Shown piece by piece: positions 10,144 to 19,442 of a stretch of DNA of 64,000 nt. The notes below the pieces were generated by a model, which saw only the letters and a program-made list of their open reading frames with translations, did no database searches and had not been told where the DNA came from. A program made the translations under genes and the position numbers. Source of the stretch: an uncultured bacterium (GTDB lineage: Bacteria; Patescibacteriota; Saccharimonadia; UBA4664; SCTI01); assembly GCA_963721685.1 (NCBI GenBank), contig CAVRJJ010000001.1:303950-367949 (forward strand), in the 5' to 3' direction. The stretch's first letter is position 1, and every line of letters begins with the position of its first letter.

Positions 10144-11889
10144 TTACCCACTGGGCGGTACCGCGTAATATTGTAGCAGCCAGCGCGTAAGGTTGGCGAA
10201 AACGGGAACGGTGGTAACTTCAGCAAAACCAGGCGTCTTCGGTTTATTAATCCGCACCATTACTACAAATTTAGGCGACTCAAGCGGCGCGAACCCGGCA
10301 AAGGTACCAATATTTTTATCAGGCAAATAGCCCGGCCCGCTCGGATTGGGAATCTGGGCTGTGCCGGTTTTTCCGGCAATTTGATAGCCCGGTGTGTATG
10401 CCCTATAGCCCGAGCCTCGGTGCACCACCACTTCCATCATTGTCCCCAGATCTTTGGCCGCCGCGGATGATACGACCTGCGGGTCTATCAGTTTTGGCTG
10501 AGCACGGGTAACGGTGCCGTCGGCCTTCACATACTGGTCTACCAAATACGGCTTGTATAGCTTGCCCCCATTGGCAATAGCGCTGATGGCCGCCGCGGTT
10601 TGTAGGGTGGTAACGGAAATACCCTGCCCAAATGCCATATTGGCGTAAGTAACATTACTCGATGTGGGCTTGTTTACAAATCCAGCCGCTTCCCCCGCCT
10701 GCTCAATTCCCGTACGCTGGCCAAAACGGAAACCGCCAGTAAAGTAACGGTGTAACGCCTGCTTAGAAGCTTTGGTGATAGTGGCCGGGTCGCTGCCCAA
10801 TAGCTTCAACACATACATAACCCCGGTATTAAGCGAGTCCCGCAATACTACCGTCATTGTAGTATTGGGACCTAGCTTATGGTTATCGGCGTTGCACACA
10901 TTGTAGTTATCAATTTTTTCGCAGCCGGTATCGTTGTAAACGGTATTTGGCGTAATCTTTCCGGCGTCGAGCCCGGCTGCCAAAGTAAAAACCTTAAATA
11001 CCGAACCCGGTTCAAAATTATCGCTTACAATTGAATTGCTAAACACTCGGTAGTCGGTTACCTTGCTGTAGTTGTTGGGATCAAAGGTTGGATAATTGGC
11101 CATCGCTTTTACCGCGCCGTTTTGAGGGTCCATGACAATTACACTCCCCGACTCGGCTTGCACGTTGGTAACACCTTCTGCTAAGAACTTTTCAGCCTGT
11201 GCCTGTATGCTCCGGTCTATGGTTAGTACCACGTCTGTTCCTCGAATCGGTGCCTTATCGAGGTTATCGCTGCTGGCAATTGGCAACCCATTGGTATCGG
11301 TCTTAGCTTTTAAATAACCCGGTACGCCGCTTAAGGTGCGGTTCAGAAACCCCTCTACCCCATATTGGCCTTTGCCTTCAATATTGACGAACCCTAGGAC
11401 TTGCGAAGCCAAGCTGCCTTCGGGGTAGGTACGATAGGTTTGGTTTTTTAGCCCGATCCCCCGCAAACCAAGCGCCTTAATGCTTTCGGCGGTTTTGGCA
11501 CTTAACCGGGTTTCGAGCAACGCGTATTCTTTACCCTGGTCCATGGCTTTCAGATATTTATCGGCTGGTTGACCGGTAATTTTTGCTAATTTTTCAGCGG
11601 CTACCCGTTTATTGGAGACAATGCTGGGGTCGGCGTATAAGAGCTTTAGTTGTTGGTTAAGCGCTAAGGGTACTTTGGTTTCCCCGTCTAACACATAGAT
11701 TTGGCCGCGGTCAGCCGGCACCTCATATTGGCGCTGGTGTTCATTGGCGGCCAAACGGGAAAATTGGGCGTGTTGAATTATCTGGATATAAAAAAGACGG
11801 CCAACCGTTAGCACCCCAAGCAACACCACACAAATATAAAGCCAATCAAGGCGTTTACTGCTTGCTTTAGTGGTTAGGGGGGGCGACAT
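10144..11889 (-). CDS. ftsI: Class B PBP, FtsI/PBP3-like
   Basis: TM, RGQIY, RTYPEG, EPGSVFK, SLN, GKTGTAQ; follows ftsL. Confidence 0.9.
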   Translation of the reverse strand: MSPPLTTKASSKRLDWLYICVVLLGVLTVGRLFYIQIIQHAQFSRLAANEHQRQYEVPADRGQIYVLDGETKVPLALNQQLKLLYADPSIVSNKRVAAEKLAKITGQPADKYLKAMDQGKEYALLETRLSAKTAESIKALGLRGIGLKNQTYRTYPEGSLASQVLGFVNIEGKGQYGVEGFLNRTLSGVPGYLKAKTDTNGLPIASSDNLDKAPIRGTDVVLTIDRSIQAQAEKFLAEGVTNVQAESGSVIVMDPQNGAVKAMANYPTFDPNNYSKVTDYRVFSNSIVSDNFEPGSVFKVFTLAAGLDAGKITPNTVYNDTGCEKIDNYNVCNADNHKLGPNTTMTVVLRDSLNTGVMYVLKLLGSDPATITKASKQALHRYFTGGFRFGQRTGIEQAGEAAGFVNKPTSSNVTYANMAFGQGISVTTLQTAAAISAIANGGKLYKPYLVDQYVKADGTVTRAQPKLIDPQVVSSAAAKDLGTMMEVVVHRGSGYRAYTPGYQIAGKTGTAQIPNPSGPGYLPDKNIGTFAGFAPLESPKFVVMVRINKPKTPGFAEVTTVPVFANLTRWLLQYYAVPPSG

Positions 11890-11893
11890 GGCC

Positions 11894-12214
11894 TTACTTA
11901 ATGTAAGTTACTTGGGTGGTTGGCACCAAGTTAGCGACAGCCTTGGAGTTTTGGATCTGCTGGATGGAAGTAAGCCGGGCAGCTTCAATCTCGAGTTCCT
12001 TATTAACACCCACCGCCTGGTTGTGTGCCTGTTGCAGCTTGGTTAAGTCATTGCCAAAAACAGCCGTTTTAGTAACCGCGTTAAGGTAAAGAAGCGCTAA
12101 AACCGCGGTAATAGCGATAAGGACGAATCCTGAAGATACCGGCCCCAGCCTAAGGTCGGCTTTTTGGCGGTAAAGATTCTGGTTCCGCCGCATGGTCATA
12201 GTAGCAGTGGTCAT
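11894..12214 (-). CDS. ftsL: FtsL-like cell division protein
   Basis: Single TM plus coiled coil, between rsmH and ftsI. Confidence 0.65.
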   Translation of the reverse strand: MTTATMTMRRNQNLYRQKADLRLGPVSSGFVLIAITAVLALLYLNAVTKTAVFGNDLTKLQQAHNQAVGVNKELEIEAARLTSIQQIQNSKAVANLVPTTQVTYIK

Positions 12215-12331
12215 ATGTGCAAGTGCTCCCGAAGTATATGTTTTTATTTTGGTTTTGTTTTAATTGGAGGTTCGCGACGCTCATCTCGAAGATGCTAATC
12301 TTACGCCGCGAACCGCCTAGATCCGCAAACG

Positions 12332-12397
12332 TTACTTAACGATACGGACTTGTACGCGCCTGGCACGTGGGGACTGGTTTTTGATGACTAAAGTCAT
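12332..12397 (-). CDS. Small ORF, 21 aa, MTLVIKNQSPRARRVQVRIVK
   Basis: GGAG RBS immediately after rsmH stop, ATG..TAA; below ORF-track cutoff. Confidence 0.5.
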   Translation of the reverse strand: MTLVIKNQSPRARRVQVRIVK

Positions 12398-12406
12398 TAG
12401 GTCTCC

Positions 12407-13330
12407 TTATTTTTGTGTTAATTTCACTGCGGCTCGAAGTTTTGCGCTTCGTGCGCGCGGGTTAAAAGCATCGTTGGTTCCGGCAATTGGCCGTTTGGTG
12501 AGAAGTCCCAGGGAGGCTTTATGGCTACAGGTGCAGATTGGCTGCTCCGGAGGGCAAATGCAATCGCGGGACTCACGTCTAAAGAAGTCCTTAACGAGCC
12601 GGTCTTCCAAGGAATGGAAGCTAATTACCACAATCCGTCCGCCGGGATTAAGCGAAGCGGTTAAAAGAGGTAGGGCCTGGTCGAGTTGATCAAGTTCCTC
12701 ATTTACCGCGATCCGCAAAGCCTGAAATGTACGGGTTGCCGGATGGATTGCTTCTTTCGTTGGCCCAATAGCGGCGCGCACGATTGAGGCTAGCTCACTC
12801 GTTGTGTGAATTGGCCGCGACCGAACAATCGCCCTAGCAATTCGCCGTGATTTGCGCTCTTCGCCGAACCGGAATATTAGGCTAGCAAGCTCCTCCTCCG
12901 AAACAGTATTTACTATATCGTCGGCGCTTTGTCCGGTTGCTTGGTCCATACGCATATCCAGCGGACCTTCGTTCATAAAACTAAAACCCCGCTGCGGCTG
13001 ATCCAGCTGTGGTGATGAAACCCCCAAATCAAGCAGCACTATGTCAACTGTTTGATTTTCTTTTTTGAAACGCTTGGCCGCTGCCAAATAATCGGTGTGC
13101 CAAATTCCTACGCTTTCCTCTAACAGGAAAAAACGCTTTTTCAGCGCGCCATACGCTTGTTCATCCCGGTCGGCTAAAATAGCTTTACCGCTTGGCCCCA
13201 TCTGTTCAAGGACTTTAGCAGCGTGGCCGCCGTAACCAGCCGTACCATCAAAGAAGGTTTCACCCGGCCGCGGATTAAGCAGCCGAAGAACTTCGTCGAT
13301 AAGTACCGGAATGTGGGGAGTTTGTTTCAT
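12407..13330 (-). CDS. rsmH: 16S rRNA m4C1402 methyltransferase
   Basis: HIPVL, DGTAGYGGH, DLGVSSPQLD, LDMRMD, FHSLEDR, NPRARSAKLR. Confidence 0.96.
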   Translation of the reverse strand: MKQTPHIPVLIDEVLRLLNPRPGETFFDGTAGYGGHAAKVLEQMGPSGKAILADRDEQAYGALKKRFFLLEESVGIWHTDYLAAAKRFKKENQTVDIVLLDLGVSSPQLDQPQRGFSFMNEGPLDMRMDQATGQSADDIVNTVSEEELASLIFRFGEERKSRRIARAIVRSRPIHTTSELASIVRAAIGPTKEAIHPATRTFQALRIAVNEELDQLDQALPLLTASLNPGGRIVVISFHSLEDRLVKDFFRRESRDCICPPEQPICTCSHKASLGLLTKRPIAGTNDAFNPRARSAKLRAAVKLTQK

Positions 13331-13339
13331 CAAGCCCCT

Positions 13340-13685
13340 TTTCTATTTGTAAAGGCATGATTATATCATGCTCTTGCTGTGACCTCTGAGCTTAAAACTT
13401 CGAGGTCACCTACTTAGCAGCCCGCTTTTGTTTGCGGTTTTTGTTTTTAGTGAGTGTGTATCTCTTACGAGTGTAAGAGTTACGAGGTGTGGTAAGGAAC
13501 TGTCATAATTCCGATAAAAGAATGTATTCCAATTCCTTAAAAGTGTGTGTGAGGTGGAGTTTTTATAGGTAGGTGCCAGGGTTTTACGGATCCCTAAAGA
13601 CCGTTGTGCTGGCTGCCAAGTAGTTAACTTCGAATGTTTTTGTTTTGGTTTTTAATGAACAAGTTTGACTAATAAGGTTGGGGGC
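13340..13685 (-). ncRNA. Candidate multi-hairpin structured RNA in mraZ-rsmH spacer
   Basis: Five separable stems and an H-type pseudoknot candidate joined by A/C-rich linkers. Confidence 0.5.
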
Positions 13686-14054
13686 TTAAGCGGCTTCAAT
13701 TGCCCAGTAAGAACGTCCGGCGGCGGTTTTAACGCGGAAAGCGTTAATGGTCTTAGTGATGCCGGCGTAGTCCAAGAAGCGCTGTTCGATGGTGATACGT
13801 CCTTGTTTTTGATCCATGTGCGTTCGGCTTTGTCCTGACTGAATTTGCCGGTTTAGCCGGAAGCTTTCAACGTCGCGGAAGTCGCCTTCAAGCGCCGGAT
13901 CAATCACCTCTTCCCAATACTTTTGCGAGTACAGGGCGAGCGTGTTGTCATATCCTTTGGTGAGTACTACGTAGCCGCCTTCGAACTCGGGCCGGACTTC
14001 GACCGGAATGGTCAGCCTTTTTTTATCATCCAGTTTGCGTTCGAAATTGTTCAC
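13686..14054 (-). CDS. mraZ: Transcriptional regulator MraZ
   Basis: LDDKKRLTIP and DQKQGRITI (two DxxxR repeats); heads dcw cluster; GTG start with GGAG. Confidence 0.88.
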   Translation of the reverse strand: MNNFERKLDDKKRLTIPVEVRPEFEGGYVVLTKGYDNTLALYSQKYWEEVIDPALEGDFRDVESFRLNRQIQSGQSRTHMDQKQGRITIEQRFLDYAGITKTINAFRVKTAAGRSYWAIEAA

Positions 14055-14107
14055 GTTGTCTCCGTTTCAACCCTCTTTGAGCCGTTGTTGTTCAACTCAA
14101 TGACTTA

Positions 14108-14151
14108 ACAATACTACCCACTACTACCCACGTCAACCCCCTTTTACCCAC
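14108..14151 (-). promoter_or_regulatory. mraZ promoter with MraZ boxes
   Basis: GTGGG/GGGGG boxes at 10-bp period (14117, 14127, 14137, 14147) overlapping TTGACG-17-TATTGT. Confidence 0.85.
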
Positions 14152-14306
14152 TTTCTTAGGGAAATCATAATAATTTATAAGCGTAAGCGTAATAAAGGCT
14201 CTTGTAAGGCGTTTCTACTACATCAAACAAATTCGTTTTTATCTGCACACTCATAAGTGAGTACCCGTTTTGAAAAGATATACTTGAGTTTTGCTACAAT
14301 GGCCAC

Positions 14307-15377
14307 ATGTACACGCAGAGGCTTACCCAGATCCGCCAACAGGTAATTAAAAACAATGTCGACGCGCTCCTAATTACCCATCTCCCCATGATTCGCTGGG
14401 CGGTTGGCTTCTCTGGCAGCAGCGGACTCTTATATATAGATACAGACCGGGCTGTATTCGCTACCGACGCGCGCTACGAGACCCAAGCTGCCCAAGAAGT
14501 CACTCAGGCTGATATTGTCATGGCCGTTCAAGGCCAGCTGGCTCCCCCGCTGGCAGGCCAAACCCCTTCAAGCGTTAAGCGGATTGGCTTTAGCGGCGAA
14601 AATCTGAGCGTGCAGGAACTCACGTTTACCCAAAAAGTGTGGCCGGACCAAGAGTTCGTGGCAATCACAGAACTTTTGCAAACCGAGATGGCCACAAAAA
14701 GCGATAAAGAAGTGGAATACCTGCAACAAGCCCAGGCCATTACCGACCAAGTATTCAATATTATGCTTGGTGTTATTAAGGTTGGCATGACCGAAAAAGA
14801 GATTGCGGCCGAATTGGTGTTCCGTTTGCTTAAAGCCGGCGCCGACGGCATTCCAGAACACTTTTGGCCGATTGTCGCCTCCGGACCCAACAGTGCCCTC
14901 ATCCATGCCCACCCCACCGACCGCCAGCTAACCAAAGGCGATGTCTTGCTAATGGATTATGGCTGCCTATGTAATGGCTACACCTCCGATATGACCCGGA
15001 CGATTGTGCTTGGTGAGGCCAGCGAAAAAGTCAAAGCGGTATACAGAGTTGTTCTCAAATCGCAAACGGCCGCGATCACGGCGGCGAAAGCCGGCGTGCC
15101 AGGCATTGAAATAGACGCCTTAGCTCGGGGAATAGTCGAAGCGGCCGGTTACGCGATCCCCCATGGCGTTGGCCATTCTTTGGGGCTTGAAATTCACGAG
15201 GAGCCGCGCATCAACCCCCGCAACCCCCATCCTCTGCCCGAAGGCGCTGTAATGACCATTGAACCCGGCATTTATGTTCCTGGTGAATTCGGGATTCGGA
15301 TTGAAGATATGGTGCTGCTCCAAAAAGATGGTAACCGTAACCTCACCACTTCACCCAAAGAGCTCATTATTATTTAG
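14307..15377 (+). CDS. Xaa-Pro aminopeptidase (M24B)
   Basis: TDARY, DYG..YTSDMTRT, HGVGHSLGLEIHE, TIEPGIY, GIRIED. Confidence 0.93.
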   Translation: MYTQRLTQIRQQVIKNNVDALLITHLPMIRWAVGFSGSSGLLYIDTDRAVFATDARYETQAAQEVTQADIVMAVQGQLAPPLAGQTPSSVKRIGFSGENLSVQELTFTQKVWPDQEFVAITELLQTEMATKSDKEVEYLQQAQAITDQVFNIMLGVIKVGMTEKEIAAELVFRLLKAGADGIPEHFWPIVASGPNSALIHAHPTDRQLTKGDVLLMDYGCLCNGYTSDMTRTIVLGEASEKVKAVYRVVLKSQTAAITAAKAGVPGIEIDALARGIVEAAGYAIPHGVGHSLGLEIHEEPRINPRNPHPLPEGAVMTIEPGIYVPGEFGIRIEDMVLLQKDGNRNLTTSPKELIII

Positions 15378-15381
15378 GAGC

Positions 15382-15906
15382 TTAGGCGAGCTGAAGTTCA
15401 TCAAGTGAAGTAATCCGGGGAACGCTGGCCGGAGCTTGCTTGTCACTATACTTTTCACCGGGACGCACTAAATGGAACATTTCAATTTTTGAGTTCGCGG
15501 CAACGAGCGGCTTAAACGACGAGGCGTTGTCATCCACTAAGACTACCTTTTCGAAGATGCCTTGAATTGGGCCAACATCGACCGTTAGCATATCATCCTT
15601 GCCTGGCTTAACCCCCGCCGCCAAAACAAAGCCTTTGTTCATCGTTGTGACTTGAAACGGCAGGTTTGCCAGAGCCGGGGCAAAACCAAACTTACGGTGC
15701 TGCCAGTCAATCCCGCCCTGCAAGTCTTGGCCTATGATTGTCGCCTGGCTAATAATGGCCGGTGTTACCTCTGGCGGCAACCGCTTAAGCAGGTTGGCGG
15801 CATCATCATATAGATAATCAAGCGCCAAGGACGCGTTTTCCTCATCATGCATAAACCGGCTTAGGTTGAAGGCAGTCCGGTCAAAATCTAACAGCAATAG
15901 AATCAT
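15382..15906 (-). CDS. HAD-superfamily-like protein
   Basis: LLDFDRT motif I and VLVDD motif IV. Confidence 0.55.
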   Translation of the reverse strand: MILLLLDFDRTAFNLSRFMHDEENASLALDYLYDDAANLLKRLPPEVTPAIISQATIIGQDLQGGIDWQHRKFGFAPALANLPFQVTTMNKGFVLAAGVKPGKDDMLTVDVGPIQGIFEKVVLVDDNASSFKPLVAANSKIEMFHLVRPGEKYSDKQAPASVPRITSLDELQLA

Positions 15907-17069
15907 GAAAAGTAAATCCTCATTAAAGCCCGGGCTAAGTGGTCGCCGTCGTGGCGAATTAAACTGCGCTGGTATTCCAGCAGCACATCATTCTGGTTCT
16001 TTTCGGCGGCACCTGCCAGCAGTGGCTCACCAATGGCTTGGTAAGGCTGCTTTTTTAATACACTTGGGTCAAAGTCGACCGGCAGCTCACCATTCCGCAA
16101 GTAGCGTTTGGCTAGCGCCGGGGTGGGCATGGCAGTGTTGTAAATCACGTAATCAAATAACTGCTTTCCATCCATGTGGCGGCTTAGCTCATTCAAAAAC
16201 TCATGCACCTGCATGCCTTTTGTCTTATCCGGCTTATTTACCAGATTGGCCACATATACCTTAGGAGCCTTGGTGCGTTCCAGGGCCTTTGCCATGCCGT
16301 CGGGCAATAGTACCGGGATAATTGATCCATACAAATCACCAGGACCCACGATTACCATGTCGGCGGACATAATTGCCTGGACCGCCTCCTTATTCACCTT
16401 TGCCCGCGGTTCAAGCTGCAACAAGGGACGTTCGCCGGCAAAATCATGGGTTTGTATGTCCCGCTCATGGGAAAGCCGGGTGCCGTCCGCCATAACCGCC
16501 GACAAACGAATATCACTGGTGGTAACCGGGATTACCCGCCCTCCAACCTGTAAAATTTGTTCCGCGATTTTAACGCCCTCACCAAATCCTCCGGAAATTT
16601 TTTCTAACGCGGTTAAAAATAAATTTCCAAAGGAATGGCCGCGAAACGTACCTTCCTCAAAACGGTAATTAAACAGCTCACGCATATACTCTGGTGTATT
16701 GGAAAGAGCTACCAAACATTGCCGGACGTCACCCGGAGGCAGCACGCCAAGCTCATCCCGCAGTATTCCAGTAGAGCCGCCGTCATCACTCATGGTAACT
16801 ATGGCCGTCAAGTTGCCAACGTAGGGGCGCAGGGCCGAGAGCAACATAAAACTCCCCGTCCCTCCCCCTATAACCACCGCTTTCACTCCGGCAGATGTGG
16901 GCGGACCCGACGCGGCGGGCAGCTGCCCGTCCGCCCGCACAATTAACTGTCCGTCTTGAACAAGCAGCTGGGCACGGTCAACCAGTCCGGTTTGCTGCAG
17001 TAAGGCTTTAGGAATTCTAATACCTTTGGAGTTGCCAATCTTAATAATGTCGGCTTCACTACCCTTCAT
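15903..17069 (-). CDS. AbrB/MazE-like DNA-binding domain fused to YvcK/GlmR (CofD-related) domain
   Basis: N-term IIKIGNSKGIRIPK; then VIGGGTG, DDGGSTG.LR, PPGDVR, GHSFGNL, RHD. Confidence 0.85.
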   Translation of the reverse strand: MKGSEADIIKIGNSKGIRIPKALLQQTGLVDRAQLLVQDGQLIVRADGQLPAASGPPTSAGVKAVVIGGGTGSFMLLSALRPYVGNLTAIVTMSDDGGSTGILRDELGVLPPGDVRQCLVALSNTPEYMRELFNYRFEEGTFRGHSFGNLFLTALEKISGGFGEGVKIAEQILQVGGRVIPVTTSDIRLSAVMADGTRLSHERDIQTHDFAGERPLLQLEPRAKVNKEAVQAIMSADMVIVGPGDLYGSIIPVLLPDGMAKALERTKAPKVYVANLVNKPDKTKGMQVHEFLNELSRHMDGKQLFDYVIYNTAMPTPALAKRYLRNGELPVDFDPSVLKKQPYQAIGEPLLAGAAEKNQNDVLLEYQRSLIRHDGDHLARALMRIYFS

Positions 17070-17087
17070 GCTACCTGCTTTATCTTA

Positions 17088-17110
17088 ATGTAATTACATT
17101 GTAATTACAT
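17088..17110. promoter_or_regulatory. Tandem palindromic operator TGTAATTACA x2
   Basis: atgtaattacattgtaattacat, 19 bp upstream of the fusion start codon. Confidence 0.7.
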
Positions 17111-17122
17111 AGTTAATTTAAA

Positions 17123-17971
17123 TCAAGTATTTGATTTGGATAACGCCGCGTTAGCTGCCACCCAATTATCAAGATTCCCCACATCGTAATAAGCTCCTTC
17201 AGCCGGTAGGACAACAATTTCATGCTCTTTAGCCACCGCCGCGTACACGTCGACAATGAAATATTCCCCTGTCACCGGATGGGGCTTAAGGTCATTGAAG
17301 TAAGGTTCCATTTCTTTACCAATAATATGCTTGCCGATATTTGCGAGTAGAGTGCCGCTGAGTTCCTCGGGATGCTCCGGTTTTTCAATAAGGTTTTTTA
17401 ATACGCACACCTCGTTATCTTGCTCTACCTGCATAACGCCAAACTTTGATAATTGCTCCGGCGGCAGCTTCAAGCCCAGCAAGGCACCTACCGCCGGCCG
17501 CGAATAATACAGCTGCACCAGGTCACCAACATCACTTCCTCCGTCGGCGCGGACCGTAAAATCATCTGAAGCCATATAAATACACGACCGGAAACCACCC
17601 ATTTCTTCAAAGGCCAATAACGGTGGGATAGCGGTGCCATAGCGCTCGGTTTTCGTAACAAAGTGAAAGCTGGCCCGCCGCCGCATCCTTTGCAAAGCTT
17701 CTAGCTCAACGTCTTTATGGGTAGCCGCCAAATGCTTATCGAGTAAGCCGTTGCCTAAAAAGTAGCGCTCATAGATGTCGCGGTGGTAGGGATGGATGAC
17801 AAAGTAAATATCTTTAATTCCCACCTTCACCAGCTCGTCAACGATAAAATCGACAACCGGCCGGTTTCCGATCGGCGTAAATCCTTTAGGAATAGTGGCT
17901 GAAATCGGGAGCCGCCGAGTAGTAAAGCCGTTGTCGCCAATAATGGCGGTAGTAATAGGGAGATTTGCCAT
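17123..17971 (-). CDS. GalU-like sugar-phosphate nucleotidyltransferase (divergent)
   Basis: G..TRRLP..TIPK, YGTA, IEKP, GEY, YDVGN; canonical GxGTR motif altered. Confidence 0.75.
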   Translation of the reverse strand: MANLPITTAIIGDNGFTTRRLPISATIPKGFTPIGNRPVVDFIVDELVKVGIKDIYFVIHPYHRDIYERYFLGNGLLDKHLAATHKDVELEALQRMRRRASFHFVTKTERYGTAIPPLLAFEEMGGFRSCIYMASDDFTVRADGGSDVGDLVQLYYSRPAVGALLGLKLPPEQLSKFGVMQVEQDNEVCVLKNLIEKPEHPEELSGTLLANIGKHIIGKEMEPYFNDLKPHPVTGEYFIVDVYAAVAKEHEIVVLPAEGAYYDVGNLDNWVAANAALSKSNT

Positions 17972-17989
17972 AGTACCTATAATAGCAGA

Positions 17990-19393
17990 CTAAAAGTCAG
18001 CCAATTGCCGGGTAATATGGCCCGGCAGCTCAGCAATTGAAACCCGCACCTGCTTTAACGTGTCGCGGTTGCGGATAGTTACCTGGTTGTCTTCCAGTGA
18101 CTCAAAATCAATTACTACGCACAGGGGCGTGCCAATTTCATCCTGGCGGCGGTAGCGCTTACCGATGTTGCCGTTGTCGTCATACATCACCGATCCGAAC
18201 TCGGTTTTAAGGGTGCGGTACACCTCGCGCGCAACCTTTACCAGCTCGGGCTTATTACGTAGCAACGGGCTCACCGCCACCTTAACTGGCGCCAGCTCGG
18301 GCTTTAAGTGCAAGACGGTTCGCTCATCATCCCCCACCTTTTCCACCTCATAAGCGTTGGCCAGAACCGCTAGAACGTGACGGTCGAGACCAAAGGTTGG
18401 CTCAATCACGTGGGGAATGAAGCGGTCATTGCTCTGCGGATCAAGAAAGCTTAAATCCAAACCCGTCTGTTTAGCGTGGTTTGAAAGGTCAAAGTCGGTG
18501 CGGTAGGCTAGCCCCGCGATTTCATCTGGCTTATGGGGGAAATTAAAATAAAAATCGGTCGTTCGCTTAGAGTAATGAGCGCGATCGGCCTCAGGCACTT
18601 CAACCTCGTGCATTTCCTGCGGACCTACACCCACCCGCTCAAACCAGCGGTTCATTTCCTTATGAAGCTCTTCAAAACGTTCTTCCCACTCCCCTTCGCG
18701 GATAAAATATTCAAACTCCATGATTTCCAGTTCGCGTACCCGGAAAATAAAGTCCTTGGGGGTAATTTCGTTGCGAAAGTTTTTGCCAATCTGGGCCAAT
18801 CCAAACGGCAGTTTCGGGTGAAGGCTGTCGAGCACGTTTTTAAAGTTGACAAACATACCTTGAGCCGTCTCTGGGCGCAAGTAAACTTTTGAAGAGGTGT
18901 CTTCCACTGGTCCAGCCTGGGTAGAAAACATCATATTAAACAGTTTGACCCTGGTTAAAGGATTACCGTCCGGGCTTTTCAATTTCAGTTCCGAGATTTT
19001 AGCTTCCATTTCTTCAACCGTTAGCTCAGCGGCGTTGTCGACACCATTTTCTTCCAGTAAATGGTCGGCTCGGTAGCGTTTATTGGTTACTTGGTCTTCT
19101 ACTAGCGTGTCAGCAAAACCGGCGCCGGTATGGCCGCTGGCCTCCCAAACCTTCGGGTTCATTAAAATAGCGGTATCCAGCCCGTACATATCGTCGCGCT
19201 CGGTAACAAAATGCCGCCACCACATATCTTTTATATTATTTTTGAGCAAAACGCCGTAGGGACCATAGTCCCACGTACCAGCCAGGCCGCCATAAATTTC
19301 CGAGCCTTGATAGATGAAGCCGCGCCGCTTTGTCAGAGAAACTAGGTCCTCTAAGCTGGTTGCAGTGTTTTCAGATGGTTTTGGTTCGGCCAT
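17990..19393 (-). CDS. glyQS: Glycine-tRNA ligase, homodimeric type
   Basis: KRRGFIY..EIYGG, LRPETAQG, FRNEI, IEPTFGLDR, IGKRYRRQDEIGTP. Confidence 0.96.
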   Translation of the reverse strand: MAEPKPSENTATSLEDLVSLTKRRGFIYQGSEIYGGLAGTWDYGPYGVLLKNNIKDMWWRHFVTERDDMYGLDTAILMNPKVWEASGHTGAGFADTLVEDQVTNKRYRADHLLEENGVDNAAELTVEEMEAKISELKLKSPDGNPLTRVKLFNMMFSTQAGPVEDTSSKVYLRPETAQGMFVNFKNVLDSLHPKLPFGLAQIGKNFRNEITPKDFIFRVRELEIMEFEYFIREGEWEERFEELHKEMNRWFERVGVGPQEMHEVEVPEADRAHYSKRTTDFYFNFPHKPDEIAGLAYRTDFDLSNHAKQTGLDLSFLDPQSNDRFIPHVIEPTFGLDRHVLAVLANAYEVEKVGDDERTVLHLKPELAPVKVAVSPLLRNKPELVKVAREVYRTLKTEFGSVMYDDNGNIGKRYRRQDEIGTPLCVVIDFESLEDNQVTIRNRDTLKQVRVSIAELPGHITRQLADF

Positions 19394-19442
19394 GATGGAG
19401 CTTATTATACGGCAAAGCTTTTTTTAAGGCGAACCAGAACCC

